Source: Spirochaetia bacterium (GTDB lineage Bacteria; Spirochaetota; Spirochaetia; UBA9216). Taken from it: DNA of 64,000 bases. Positions within the stretch are counted from its first letter, which is position 1; the number at the start of each line of letters is the position of its first letter. Position numbers and translations under genes: made by a program. The DNA is taken from positions 2,016,001-2,080,000 of the forward strand of contig CAXXYH010000004.1 of the NCBI GenBank assembly GCA_963677925.2. Direction: 5' to 3'. Below the pieces are notes generated by a model. The model was not told the origin of the DNA, did not search any database, and was given only the letters and a program-made list of their open reading frames with translations. Below, piece by piece: positions 50,481-59,816 of the stretch.

Positions 50481-52049
50481 ATGGAAGAAGGAAAAAAATA
50501 TTTCATGGTTATAGATATTGGAACAGGCAGCGGGAGATCTGTGCTGTTTAATTCAGAAGGAATTATTGTCGCCTCGTCCCAGCAGGAGTGGCTGCCTGTA
50601 GCTGATCCGCGCTATCCGGGTTCTCAGGATTTTGACACTGAAACTGCGAGAAGAGTTCTGGCTTCGACTATCAAAGATGCAATCAGTAAATCCGGTATCG
50701 ATGCAGGGAATATTGCTGCTGTCACAGCAACTTCAATGCGTGAAGGGATGGTTCTGTATGATAAGGATAAAAACGTAATATGGGCCTGTTCGAATGTTGA
50801 TGCACGTGCTGATGAAGAAGCTGTCGAAATGTTGCAGGCCGGTCTGGCCCGGGACATTTATGATGAAGGAGGAGACTGGCTGAATATTATCAGTCCGGCA
50901 AGATTCTGGTGGATCCGGAAAAATGAACCGGAGGTCTACAGCAATGCCCGTTATGTTAATATGATAAGTGACTGGTATTTATTCATACTTTCCGGGCTCA
51001 TTGTAACCGATCCTACAATCGGGTCAAGTTCCGGAATATTTAATCTGAAAAGCAGAACCTGGTCAGAGAATATAATCTCAAATGCAGATCTCCCCAAAGA
51101 TATCTATCCTCCTGTGATCGAATCAGGACATGTGATAGGGGAATTAACTGTTTCAGCAGCTGAAGAAACAGGACTTGCCCCGGGTACAAAGATAGTAACC
51201 AGCGGCGCAGATACACAGATGGCTCTGGTCGGAGCCGGTGCTGTTACTCCGGGAACATATACAGTATGCGGAGGCACTTTCTGGCAGACTGCACTTACAA
51301 CAGATTATGCACTCTATGACCCTGAATACCGGTTAAGAACGCTTTGTCATGCAGTTCCCCAGCAGTGGATGACCGAGGGAATCGGTTTTTATCATGGTTT
51401 TGCAATGAGATGGGTGAGGGATGCTTTCTGTCAGGAGGAAAAAGAAGAAGCTAGGAAAACAGGGAAAAGCGCCTACAGCCTGATGGAATCACTGGCCTCC
51501 GGTATACCAGCAGGTTCAAACGGTGTGTATGCGACTTTTTCAAATATAATGAACTCAAAGAAATGGATTCATTCACCGCCTGCACTGGTTGGTTTTGATT
51601 TACTTGATCCTGATGCTACAGGAAAAGCCGCTGTAGTCCGTGCTGTAATGGAAAGCGCCGCATATGTTACCAGAGGTCACCTTGAGATACTTCAGGAAAT
51701 ATCAAAGATAAGCTGTGATAAAATTATAATGGTCGGCGGAGCTTCAAACGGAAATCTCTGGCCGCAGATAATTGCCGATACAACAGGGGTTCCTGTAATG
51801 CTTCCTGAAGTAAAGGAAACTACCGCCTTTGGAAGCTATATCTGCTGCAGAAAGGCTCTTGGCGATTATTCAACCTGGTCTGAAGCTACAGAGGACTCAG
51901 TCTTATGGGAAAGAACTGTAGAGCCCGATAAAAAGAATGTAGAATTATATAATCAGGCTTTTGATAAATGGAAATCGGTCTACCAGTACATGGTTAAAAT
52001 TTCCGAGGATAATGTTCTGCCTGCTTTATGGAAAGCTCCGGGGGTTTAA
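50481..52049 (+). CDS. lsrK: Autoinducer-2 kinase LsrK-like FGGY carbohydrate kinase
   Basis: DIGTGSGR, SMREGMVLY...WACSNVDARA, GGTFWQ and the LsrK-type C-terminus LWKAPGV. Confidence 0.75.
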   Translation: MEEGKKYFMVIDIGTGSGRSVLFNSEGIIVASSQQEWLPVADPRYPGSQDFDTETARRVLASTIKDAISKSGIDAGNIAAVTATSMREGMVLYDKDKNVIWACSNVDARADEEAVEMLQAGLARDIYDEGGDWLNIISPARFWWIRKNEPEVYSNARYVNMISDWYLFILSGLIVTDPTIGSSSGIFNLKSRTWSENIISNADLPKDIYPPVIESGHVIGELTVSAAEETGLAPGTKIVTSGADTQMALVGAGAVTPGTYTVCGGTFWQTALTTDYALYDPEYRLRTLCHAVPQQWMTEGIGFYHGFAMRWVRDAFCQEEKEEARKTGKSAYSLMESLASGIPAGSNGVYATFSNIMNSKKWIHSPPALVGFDLLDPDATGKAAVVRAVMESAAYVTRGHLEILQEISKISCDKIIMVGGASNGNLWPQIIADTTGVPVMLPEVKETTAFGSYICCRKALGDYSTWSEATEDSVLWERTVEPDKKNVELYNQAFDKWKSVYQYMVKISEDNVLPALWKAPGV

Positions 52050-52080
52050 CAATAATCGGGACACTAAACGGGAACGCGAA

Positions 52081-52791
52081 TTATGCTTGTACAGAAAGCT
52101 CAAACAGCAGGCGTCTCCCGTCCATGCCCGCTTCTTCAATAAGCCCGGTTTTTCGCAGAAGCCAGGTTATCTGCCCGGCAAGCCTGAGTTTTCCCTTAGC
52201 TCCGGTTCCTGTAGAAGGGAGTTTGTCTGCCACTTCACGATTTCCGAAAGTCGGCGGCAGTTCCATAGGGAGAAGCTTAAGATAGTCTGTAAGGCCGTTA
52301 AAAGTAATTGTTTCAATAATCTCATCAAGCTGTCGATCTTCTATTGATACACCGTGTCTTCTCCATGCTCCTTTTCCGTCATCAAGGCGGATTTCTTCCT
52401 GTCTGATTAAAACGGTTTCTACTGTAAGTTTAGGCTCTGATAAAAGATCGGCTATGTATAAAAGTTCTGATGCGCAGGAGTATACGGAGCCGCGTTTTGG
52501 AGAACGCCGCTGCGATTTGAGCATCCCGTCTTCGCTGTACACGCTGATAAGTGTTTCTGCCGCCACAGGATATACCAGGCGGATACTGTGGTCCGGAAGC
52601 AGTGAACGAAGCTTTTTTTTCATACCTGAAAAGTTTCCTGTCTGGATTTCGATAAGGCCTTCAGGATTAACTATATCAATAACATAACCGTCAACTTTTT
52701 CTTCAACCAGCGAGCCTTCAGACGAATAATGTTCTTTAAGCTGTCTGTGCAGGCTTCTTTCATTGAGTCCGCCGATTATAGGGCCACTCAT
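52081..52791 (-). CDS. Putative PD-(D/E)XK-like nuclease with C-terminal wHTH
   Basis: E.SLH..LK..Y, E..VDGYVIDIV...LIEIQT motif; C-terminal helix-wing pattern. Confidence 0.55.
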   Translation of the reverse strand: MSGPIIGGLNERSLHRQLKEHYSSEGSLVEEKVDGYVIDIVNPEGLIEIQTGNFSGMKKKLRSLLPDHSIRLVYPVAAETLISVYSEDGMLKSQRRSPKRGSVYSCASELLYIADLLSEPKLTVETVLIRQEEIRLDDGKGAWRRHGVSIEDRQLDEIIETITFNGLTDYLKLLPMELPPTFGNREVADKLPSTGTGAKGKLRLAGQITWLLRKTGLIEEAGMDGRRLLFELSVQA

Positions 52792-53612
52792 TTTTTGCTG
52801 TTCCTTCGTTCAAAAATAAACTCACCATACTCAGCGCAAATCGTGAATCCGGTTTTTCTGTAGCATGCTATGGCCGCTTGATTATCCTGCTTTACATTAA
52901 GTCCTGTATTGATATTCTGTTTTAGAAGTGCTCTGCATAAGGCTGCTGTTACCGTTACTCCGTATCCGCGACCCCGATATTCCGGCCGGGTTGTAATATT
53001 TCCAAGCGCGGCGGCCCTGTATTCGGGAGAATAGACATGGGTACCGGCAGTGCAGAGAAGTTTTTTACTCCGGTCATTGTCCTTGAAAATGCCGTAATAA
53101 AGATTAAGTCCAAGCATTTCAGGTTCAAACCAGTTGCCCGGATAGCTGTGTTCGTAGAGTTCAAGCAGGGCAGGTATATCTGATACAGTAAGCTTCAGGG
53201 GATATTCGGTTCCATTTACATCAGCAGAAATTTGACCGGGCATGCCGGTATCGGTGAGGGCCATTTTAAAGTGCATGTTTTCTGATTTAATTATAAAATT
53301 TTCTGCAAACAGTTTTTCAAGCCCCTGGCTCAGGTGAGCTTCAAACCTTTGGGGCTGCTGCGGAATGATTTCTTTAAGAAGTTCTTCCATTGCGGTACGG
53401 CCGGTGTTCTCATCGAATGCGAGCAGCGTCGGAGCAGTTCCACCGGTGTATATGCATACAACCGAGGAAAGTCCGGACCCTGATTCTTTCCCGTACCACT
53501 TTGTGTAGGGCAGAAAGCGTTCATCAAGGTCCCCGATCAGATACAGATACAGATATGTATTTTGCTGAAGAAATGATGCAATCCTCTCTTTGTTATCAGG
53601 CAGAATCAGCAT
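52788..53612 (-). CDS. GNAT family N-acetyltransferase
   Basis: LGNITTRPEYRGRGYG, N.AAIACYRKTGF; start uncertain. Confidence 0.88.
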   Translation of the reverse strand: MLILPDNKERIASFLQQNTYLYLYLIGDLDERFLPYTKWYGKESGSGLSSVVCIYTGGTAPTLLAFDENTGRTAMEELLKEIIPQQPQRFEAHLSQGLEKLFAENFIIKSENMHFKMALTDTGMPGQISADVNGTEYPLKLTVSDIPALLELYEHSYPGNWFEPEMLGLNLYYGIFKDNDRSKKLLCTAGTHVYSPEYRAAALGNITTRPEYRGRGYGVTVTAALCRALLKQNINTGLNVKQDNQAAIACYRKTGFTICAEYGEFIFERRNSKK

Positions 53613-53613
53613 C

Positions 53614-54357
53614 TTACAAGCGGCCGGCTTCAATTATCCGCTGAAGAAACTGGTTTGTCCGCGGATGTTCCGGGTTTGAAAAAAGTTTAGAGGGTTCCGC
53701 TTCTTCCACAATCCTGCCTCCGTCAAGAAAGCATACACGGTCTGCCACATCACGGGCAAAGCCCATTTCATGTGTGACAATCAGCATGGTCATTCCCTTA
53801 TCCCTCAGTTCCTTTATAACCTTAAGCACATCCCCGATAAGTTCCGGATCCAGCGCTGCGGTAACTTCATCAAGCAGCAGCAGTTCCGGCTTTGTTGCCA
53901 TTGCTCTGGCTATTGCAACCCGCTGCTGCTGACCGCCTGAAAGCTGTTCAGGGTATGATGAACCGAAACCTGTGAGGCCGAACATTGTCAGAAGTTCTTC
54001 TGCATAGGATTCACTCTCTTTTTTTGAGATTCCATGAACCTTGCGCGGAGCCAGGGTTATGTTATCAAGGACGGTCATCGTAGGAAACAGGTTGTAGGCC
54101 TGAAATACTATACCAACCCGCTTGTAGAGCTCTACTGCGGGCATAGCTGAATCATGAATTGATAAACCGTCAATCCTGATCTCACCTTCATCGTATTCAA
54201 CAAGATCATTTACACAGCGCAGCAGTGTTGATTTACCTGAGCCCGAGGCTCCGATAAGGCAGACAACTTCATGCTCCTTCACTTTAAGGCTTACATTATC
54301 AAGGACAAGTTTATCACCATAATATTTTGTTAGATTTTCTATTTCAATGCGGTACAT
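53614..54357 (-). CDS. Polar amino acid ABC transporter ATP-binding protein
   Basis: GASGSGKST, LSGGQQQRVAIARA, LDEVT, VTHEMGFAR. Confidence 0.93.
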   Translation of the reverse strand: MYRIEIENLTKYYGDKLVLDNVSLKVKEHEVVCLIGASGSGKSTLLRCVNDLVEYDEGEIRIDGLSIHDSAMPAVELYKRVGIVFQAYNLFPTMTVLDNITLAPRKVHGISKKESESYAEELLTMFGLTGFGSSYPEQLSGGQQQRVAIARAMATKPELLLLDEVTAALDPELIGDVLKVIKELRDKGMTMLIVTHEMGFARDVADRVCFLDGGRIVEEAEPSKLFSNPEHPRTNQFLQRIIEAGRL

Positions 54358-55205
54358 CAGGAAGTCCTCTGCAGCCGACGTTCACGGTCTTTTGCTGTAA
54401 CCCAGTCGGTAAAACGGGCCATGGGAATTGTTGCAATAAGAAAAAGCAGTGCTGCTGTGATTAGAGTAGAGTAGTTGAATGTCCTGGCTGTATAGATCTG
54501 AGCCTCGCGGACGGCATCCCTGATTCCCAGAACCGAAAGCAGGGCTACATCTTTTTGGAGTGCCACGGCAAGATTAAGAAGTGAAGGAATTACGTTTCGG
54601 ACTGCCTGAGGCAGAATTGCATAGCGCAGGGTCTGCCATTGATTGAGGCCGAGTGCTTTTGCCGCGGCCCTCTGACCGTCATGAACCGAATCCATTCCGG
54701 ACCGGTATACCTCAGCCGCATATGCCGAGTAGCTTGATATCATTGCAAGCGCACCCCAGAATAAACTGCTTTTAGGCAGGCCCGGAATATTGAGCGCAGG
54801 CATCCCGAAACCGAACAGAAGTACCAGCAGCAGGGAAGGCAGACCGCGGAGCAGATCTATGTATACAACTGAAAATACCCGAAGCGGTGCAAACCACGGG
54901 CCGTGCAGCGAGCGTAGAATTGCAAGCACAAGTGCCCAGACTGCAATTACGACAAGGGCTACTCCCCAAACCGCCATGTTTATACCGAATCCGTGCAGAA
55001 CCTTCGGAAATACATCAATGATGACTTCGAGATTAAAAAACTGGGCTTTGATTCGGGGCCATTGTTCGGCCCTTATTATAACTGCTCTGAGAATCAGAAT
55101 CACTCCCAGCACGGTTGCTGTACTGATTATATGCGGTAAAACCTTATCCCGTGTTCGGAGGGATCGCCCCGTCCGCGGCTGCGGACGAGAGCGTTTTAAT
55201 CTCAT
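54357..55205 (-). CDS. Polar amino acid ABC transporter permease
   Basis: YIDLLRGLP, AYAAEVYRSG...GQ.AAA.ALG, LPQA. Confidence 0.92.
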   Translation of the reverse strand: MRLKRSRPQPRTGRSLRTRDKVLPHIISTATVLGVILILRAVIIRAEQWPRIKAQFFNLEVIIDVFPKVLHGFGINMAVWGVALVVIAVWALVLAILRSLHGPWFAPLRVFSVVYIDLLRGLPSLLLVLLFGFGMPALNIPGLPKSSLFWGALAMISSYSAYAAEVYRSGMDSVHDGQRAAAKALGLNQWQTLRYAILPQAVRNVIPSLLNLAVALQKDVALLSVLGIRDAVREAQIYTARTFNYSTLITAALLFLIATIPMARFTDWVTAKDRERRLQRTS

Positions 55206-56065
55206 TCAGAAATCTCCGGTACGTCGTCTCCGCCGTACAGATATTCTTTGGCAAGCTTGTCGACAGTTCCGTCGGCAATTATTGCTTCAAGACCTTCGTT
55301 GATCCAGCCTACAAGAGGATTTCCTTTTTCAAAGATAAGTCCGTGGCCGAGATCCTTGGGATCATGGGGAAGAATTGCTGCTACTGTAGCTTCCGGAACC
55401 TGAACAGCTGTTACAAAGAGAGCTGTTGGAAGTTCTATACAGGTTGCATCAATCTGTCCGCCAAGCAGTGCCTGGAAAGTTCCAATCTGATCGTTGAATA
55501 CAGCAACATCATCAACACCGATAATATTTTCGATGTAATCGAGATCTGCTGTTCCGATTGTTGCACCCCATTTCAGCCCCTGAAGATCTGCAAAGCTTTT
55601 TGCTTTTGCAGCACCGCTTCCGGGAAGGGCAACAACAGCCTTTTCCGGCTGGTAGTAAACGATTGAAAAATCAACAAATTCCTTTCGATCTTCAGTAACA
55701 GTATACTGCTGAAGATTGAAATCATAGGGTTTTGAACCGGGCGCAATTCCCTGGTCAAATGTCTGTCTTACCCAAACAACATCTTCACGTGCAAAACCGA
55801 GTTTCTCTGCAAGGGCATAGACCATCCCGTTTTCAAAACCGATACCGGATTGCGGATCATCGTCCATCATCCATGGCGGATAAGCGGGTTCTCCGGTTGC
55901 TACGGTGAGCTTTCCCGGGGTGTAAAGTCTCGGATCATTGGGAGTATTTTCCAATGAAGCTGTATTTTCAGCGGCAGCTGCAGGTTCTTCTTTTGTTCCG
56001 CCTGCGAAAACCGGCAGCGCAAACAGGCTGACTGCAAGCAGAATAAGAATAATGCGTCGAGTCAT
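55202..56065 (-). CDS. Polar amino acid ABC transporter substrate-binding protein
   Basis: Signal peptide ending VFAGG; LTVATGEPAYPPW; SBP family 3 pattern. Confidence 0.9.
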   Translation of the reverse strand: MTRRIILILLAVSLFALPVFAGGTKEEPAAAAENTASLENTPNDPRLYTPGKLTVATGEPAYPPWMMDDDPQSGIGFENGMVYALAEKLGFAREDVVWVRQTFDQGIAPGSKPYDFNLQQYTVTEDRKEFVDFSIVYYQPEKAVVALPGSGAAKAKSFADLQGLKWGATIGTADLDYIENIIGVDDVAVFNDQIGTFQALLGGQIDATCIELPTALFVTAVQVPEATVAAILPHDPKDLGHGLIFEKGNPLVGWINEGLEAIIADGTVDKLAKEYLYGGDDVPEISE

Positions 56066-56206
56066 GTGTACCTCCTGACTTTTTTACAGTTTGAATAAAC
56101 TGTTTGTTAGAAACAGATTAGGAGTAAAAAGAGGCTGTGTCAATGCGATGGGCATTACTTTCGATTATTCTTTGATTTTCATGCTGATCATCTCTGGGTG
56201 TGCATA

Positions 56207-56278
56207 TGCACAGATGAACGTGCCATACTTACTGATACCTACGGCTGGACAATTACTGATGGAGGGCAGGAGCCCTAG
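56207..56278 (+). pseudogene. C-terminal remnant of a BspA/DUF285-type surface protein gene
   Basis: Frame reads CTDERAILTDTYGWTITDGGQEP*, matching the C-terminus RAVLTGAPNNWSITDGGQE* of the intact gene at 59817-61058. Confidence 0.6.
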
Positions 56279-56378
56279 GTATGGTATGGACTGAACGTGG
56301 CGAAAGCTTTTTAGAAAAACCGACAATCAAGAGATATATTCTTTCTGATAACTAAAAATTATTCAGGAGAAAAACGAT

Positions 56379-57317
56379 ATGAAAGGAAAAGTATGTTTGA
56401 TGCTGCTGTCTGCAGTGGTATTCTTTGCCTGTACAGAGGCTAATGTTGATAACCCAACCGCTGATCCAACCGAATCAGTTATCAATGTGCAGCTTCAGAA
56501 CTCCGGAACCGATTACAAAGTTGATTTACTTACTGTTTATCTGCAGAAAGCAGATTCTTCAGTTATAACGGCGGTGACAGATATAAACGGTGTCGCCGGG
56601 TTTACGGTTACAGAAACAGGAACCTACACCGTTATGAAGGTTGAGGGAGCCGATGCTTCATCAATGGCTGTCAGCAGTACATCAGGACGTGAGTTTGTGA
56701 AGACAAACCCGATATCTGATCCTTATCCTTTACTTGAATATTCAGTAAGCGGAATAAGTGCAGATGTCTCTTTGATGGGAGAAACCGTTGAAACAGAGGT
56801 GACGGTCCCGAAGATAAATAAAGTCAGCCCTGTTTCGGTTGAATCTCTGGTAAGCAATGATGAAGGCGATGCCGGAATACAGCTTGGGACTGCCGATTTT
56901 TCCGGCAGGATAATTATGAGCAACTGCAGCGTGAACGATGATAAATGCAGCATAGTTATCCAAAGTGACGTGAATCGCATGGTTTTATATCTGAATGCTT
57001 CAGGCAGTATAAGAGGCGGAGCTATTTATGGAATAGGTACATCAATCGGGGTTATAGACAGCTACACATCGACGGGACCCGTCAGTTTTGAAATCACCGG
57101 CACGGATGACGGTGACTGGGCAATGGGATGCAATTTGAGCTCAATTGATTTGATAACGCGCGAACTGATTGGCGGGAAAAGTTCAGATACCAATATGCCT
57201 GTTATTTACGGCGGAGCAGAGTCCGGTAAATATGCCGTTAAAACCTATTCAACAAGCGGAGGAACCGGGCATGTATATTCGCTTGATGTCCGCATCCTGA
57301 AATTCGATACTTTTTAA
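56379..57317 (+). CDS. Hypothetical beta-rich lipoprotein
   Basis: Lipobox FFAC; AGGAG RBS; Ser/Thr/Val-rich. Confidence 0.7.
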   Translation: MKGKVCLMLLSAVVFFACTEANVDNPTADPTESVINVQLQNSGTDYKVDLLTVYLQKADSSVITAVTDINGVAGFTVTETGTYTVMKVEGADASSMAVSSTSGREFVKTNPISDPYPLLEYSVSGISADVSLMGETVETEVTVPKINKVSPVSVESLVSNDEGDAGIQLGTADFSGRIIMSNCSVNDDKCSIVIQSDVNRMVLYLNASGSIRGGAIYGIGTSIGVIDSYTSTGPVSFEITGTDDGDWAMGCNLSSIDLITRELIGGKSSDTNMPVIYGGAESGKYAVKTYSTSGGTGHVYSLDVRILKFDTF

Positions 57318-57343
57318 GCTGAGCAGTATTCAATGGAGTCACA

Positions 57344-58438
57344 ATGAAATATTTAAAAACAGCAGTTATAAATGCCGCCGCAATTTTACTGCTGATTTCT
57401 GCAATTTCCTGCACCCAGCCCTACCTGGTGGACTCATCCGAAGGTCCGGCAGCAGGCAACCCAGACGGAACCTATGCCGTCCCGGCTGAAGCTGCCGCAG
57501 AGGATAGCTCGCTTCCTGACCATGTAATCGGGACCGGGACTCCGGAAAGCTGTACTGCCGAAGCCTTTCTTGACGCTGTGGCAGAAGGCGGGATAATCAC
57601 CTTTAACACAGGGGGAGAGCCTGTGACAATAACCCTTGAAACTCAGGCAGTTGTGTACAATAACGCCATGCCGGATGTGGTTATAGACGGCGGCGGGCTC
57701 GTTACCCTCAGCGGCGGAGGTAAAACAAGAATCCTTTACATGAATACCTGTGATCCGGATCTTGTCTGGACAACATCCCACTGCGACAACCAGGATCACC
57801 CAAGGCTTACTGTCCAGAACATCACCTTTGCAAACGGGAACTCCACCAGTGATGACGAGTATACCGGGGGCGGGGCTATCTGGGTAAGGGGAGGCTGCTT
57901 CAAGGCTGTGAACTGCAGATTCTTCAACAATATAGCAAAGGATACCGGTCCGGACACCGGCGGCGGTGCGATAAGGGCATTCAGCCAGTACAACAATGAA
58001 CCTGTCTATATTGTAAACTGTACATTCGGCGGAAAAGAAGGATTCGGCAACAGCGCTTCAAACGGCGGCGCCATTTCAAGCATAGGTGTCTCATGGACTC
58101 TGATAAACTCTGTATTCTCATGGAATACTGCACTCGGAAACGGGGGCAACCCGGCGGAAAGCGGAACTCCGGGCGGAGGCAGCGGCGGGGCAGTTTATAA
58201 TGACGGCAACACGATAACTCTGACTATCGGCGGTTCAATCATCACTGAAAATACTGTAAATGCGTATGGAAGCGCAATTTTCTTTGTATCAAATGATCAT
58301 TCAGGAAATATAGTGATAGACTCAAGTGCAATTACCGGTAACCATGGAGGCTCATGGTATCCGGCCTATGAGGGAGTCTCGATGCACAGTGATACGCCAA
58401 TATCTGTTACAGCCTCTGCTATAGAAGATAATATCTGA
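57344..58438 (+). CDS. Lipoprotein with right-handed beta-helix (GGAI/FxxN, Pmp/pectin-lyase-like) repeats
   Basis: Lipobox AISC; repeated GGAI/GGAV with FANG/FFNN/FSWN. Confidence 0.75.
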   Translation: MKYLKTAVINAAAILLLISAISCTQPYLVDSSEGPAAGNPDGTYAVPAEAAAEDSSLPDHVIGTGTPESCTAEAFLDAVAEGGIITFNTGGEPVTITLETQAVVYNNAMPDVVIDGGGLVTLSGGGKTRILYMNTCDPDLVWTTSHCDNQDHPRLTVQNITFANGNSTSDDEYTGGGAIWVRGGCFKAVNCRFFNNIAKDTGPDTGGGAIRAFSQYNNEPVYIVNCTFGGKEGFGNSASNGGAISSIGVSWTLINSVFSWNTALGNGGNPAESGTPGGGSGGAVYNDGNTITLTIGGSIITENTVNAYGSAIFFVSNDHSGNIVIDSSAITGNHGGSWYPAYEGVSMHSDTPISVTASAIEDNI

Positions 58439-58466
58439 TTACAAAAAGATTATTTACGGAGAAAAT

Positions 58467-59774
58467 ATGAAAAAAATATTCAGCGTCTTTTTTATTATGC
58501 TTATTACATTATCGGCAGGCTCCTGCATTCTCTTTGATGAGGAAGCTGACGCTTTCTGTACCGATTATCCCATGAGCGTTCAGACTCTGGATACCCGTAC
58601 TGTCGAGCTTGATGGAACTGAATATGAATACCTGCTTTTAAAACTTACAGCCGAAGGCTGTGAACCCTCATATGCACAGTTTTTTCCGCCGCTTTCCGGT
58701 GAAAAATCACCTTGTAGATTACAGACCATGCCCTACGATGTAATAGACTGGACCTGGGAGGGTGAGGATATTGTTGAAGCCATAATGGCGGGAGATGGAA
58801 AAACTGACCCGGATTCAATGATATACCTGGCCAGAAGTCATCTCTCCCACGGTATCGGGGCTCTGTTTGTTTACGGAAGGTTTTACAGGGGCGGAAGTAT
58901 CATCAATGATGTGAATGATATGCTTTGCGGGCTGAAGTTTCTTGAGCAGGAAGATCTTGCCGATAATGATAAAATCGGAGTAAGCGGCGGTTCCTGGGGA
59001 GGCTTTGAGGCGCTGTATGCCTGTGCATATGCTCCATCCAATATCCGGCCATTGGCTGCCGCAATTAATTATCCGGTCAGTGATTTTGAAGCCTGGTATG
59101 ATTATGCGGCTTATCCTGAAAACTACATCAGCGATTCAGCAAAAATCAGTCAGTACCGTGACTTTTTCACTCCTTATATAGAAAGAATTGAAAAATCTAC
59201 CGGCGGAGCGCCGGCTGCAGGAGGAGCAGATTTTTCAGATTTCAGGCTTATCGATCTGGAAGCTGCTCTTGATACTGATATACTGATAATACATGACGCT
59301 TGGGATACCCTTGTTCCGGTAACCGGAACAGAAGCTCTCTATGCAGCTCTTCCGGAACTCGTGGCTCCAATGATTTTTTATCATGAATCAGCAATTGATT
59401 ATAACAGTTTTGAGCTTTCGCATATGGATCTTTTAACTGACGGCTCTGATGCGCCGGCCTACCTTACATGGATGTATATTTATCTTTATACAGCGCTTGC
59501 CGGAGAAGGTCAGGATATAATGATGATTTATGATGCGGACCGGATCGATGCTTTCTGTGATTATGTCAAAAAGTATGATGATCTCGGTTACGAGGTCGGC
59601 TGGGCGGCAGACCGCTTTCTTGAGATGTTCGATGACCGGATAACCCTTTATGAGATTAATAACGGGACATACGATAAAGCCTCTGATGTGATGACAGCGT
59701 CTTTCAATGCGGCCTGGGGAAGCTCATACTCTGCATCGGAACTTGAATCACTGCTTCAGACCGGCCTGCCATAG
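58467..59774 (+). CDS. Alpha/beta-hydrolase lipoprotein (S9-like)
   Basis: Lipobox AGSC; KIGVSGGSWGG nucleophile elbow; IIHDAWDTLVP. Confidence 0.75.
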   Translation: MKKIFSVFFIMLITLSAGSCILFDEEADAFCTDYPMSVQTLDTRTVELDGTEYEYLLLKLTAEGCEPSYAQFFPPLSGEKSPCRLQTMPYDVIDWTWEGEDIVEAIMAGDGKTDPDSMIYLARSHLSHGIGALFVYGRFYRGGSIINDVNDMLCGLKFLEQEDLADNDKIGVSGGSWGGFEALYACAYAPSNIRPLAAAINYPVSDFEAWYDYAAYPENYISDSAKISQYRDFFTPYIERIEKSTGGAPAAGGADFSDFRLIDLEAALDTDILIIHDAWDTLVPVTGTEALYAALPELVAPMIFYHESAIDYNSFELSHMDLLTDGSDAPAYLTWMYIYLYTALAGEGQDIMMIYDADRIDAFCDYVKKYDDLGYEVGWAADRFLEMFDDRITLYEINNGTYDKASDVMTASFNAAWGSSYSASELESLLQTGLP

Positions 59775-59816
59775 CCGCATCGTAAAACTCTGCGGCTTAC
59801 GTAAAAATAGTAAAGG

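Noticed and set aside
56091-56294. 67-aa ORF or a riboswitch in the intergenic region
   Set aside because: No recognisable riboswitch motif; the informative signal is the DUF285 tail in another frame.
59773-59797. AGCCGCA...TGCGGCT hairpin as a bidirectional terminator
   Set aside because: 7-bp stem, 11-nt loop and no clear U-tract; too weak to call.
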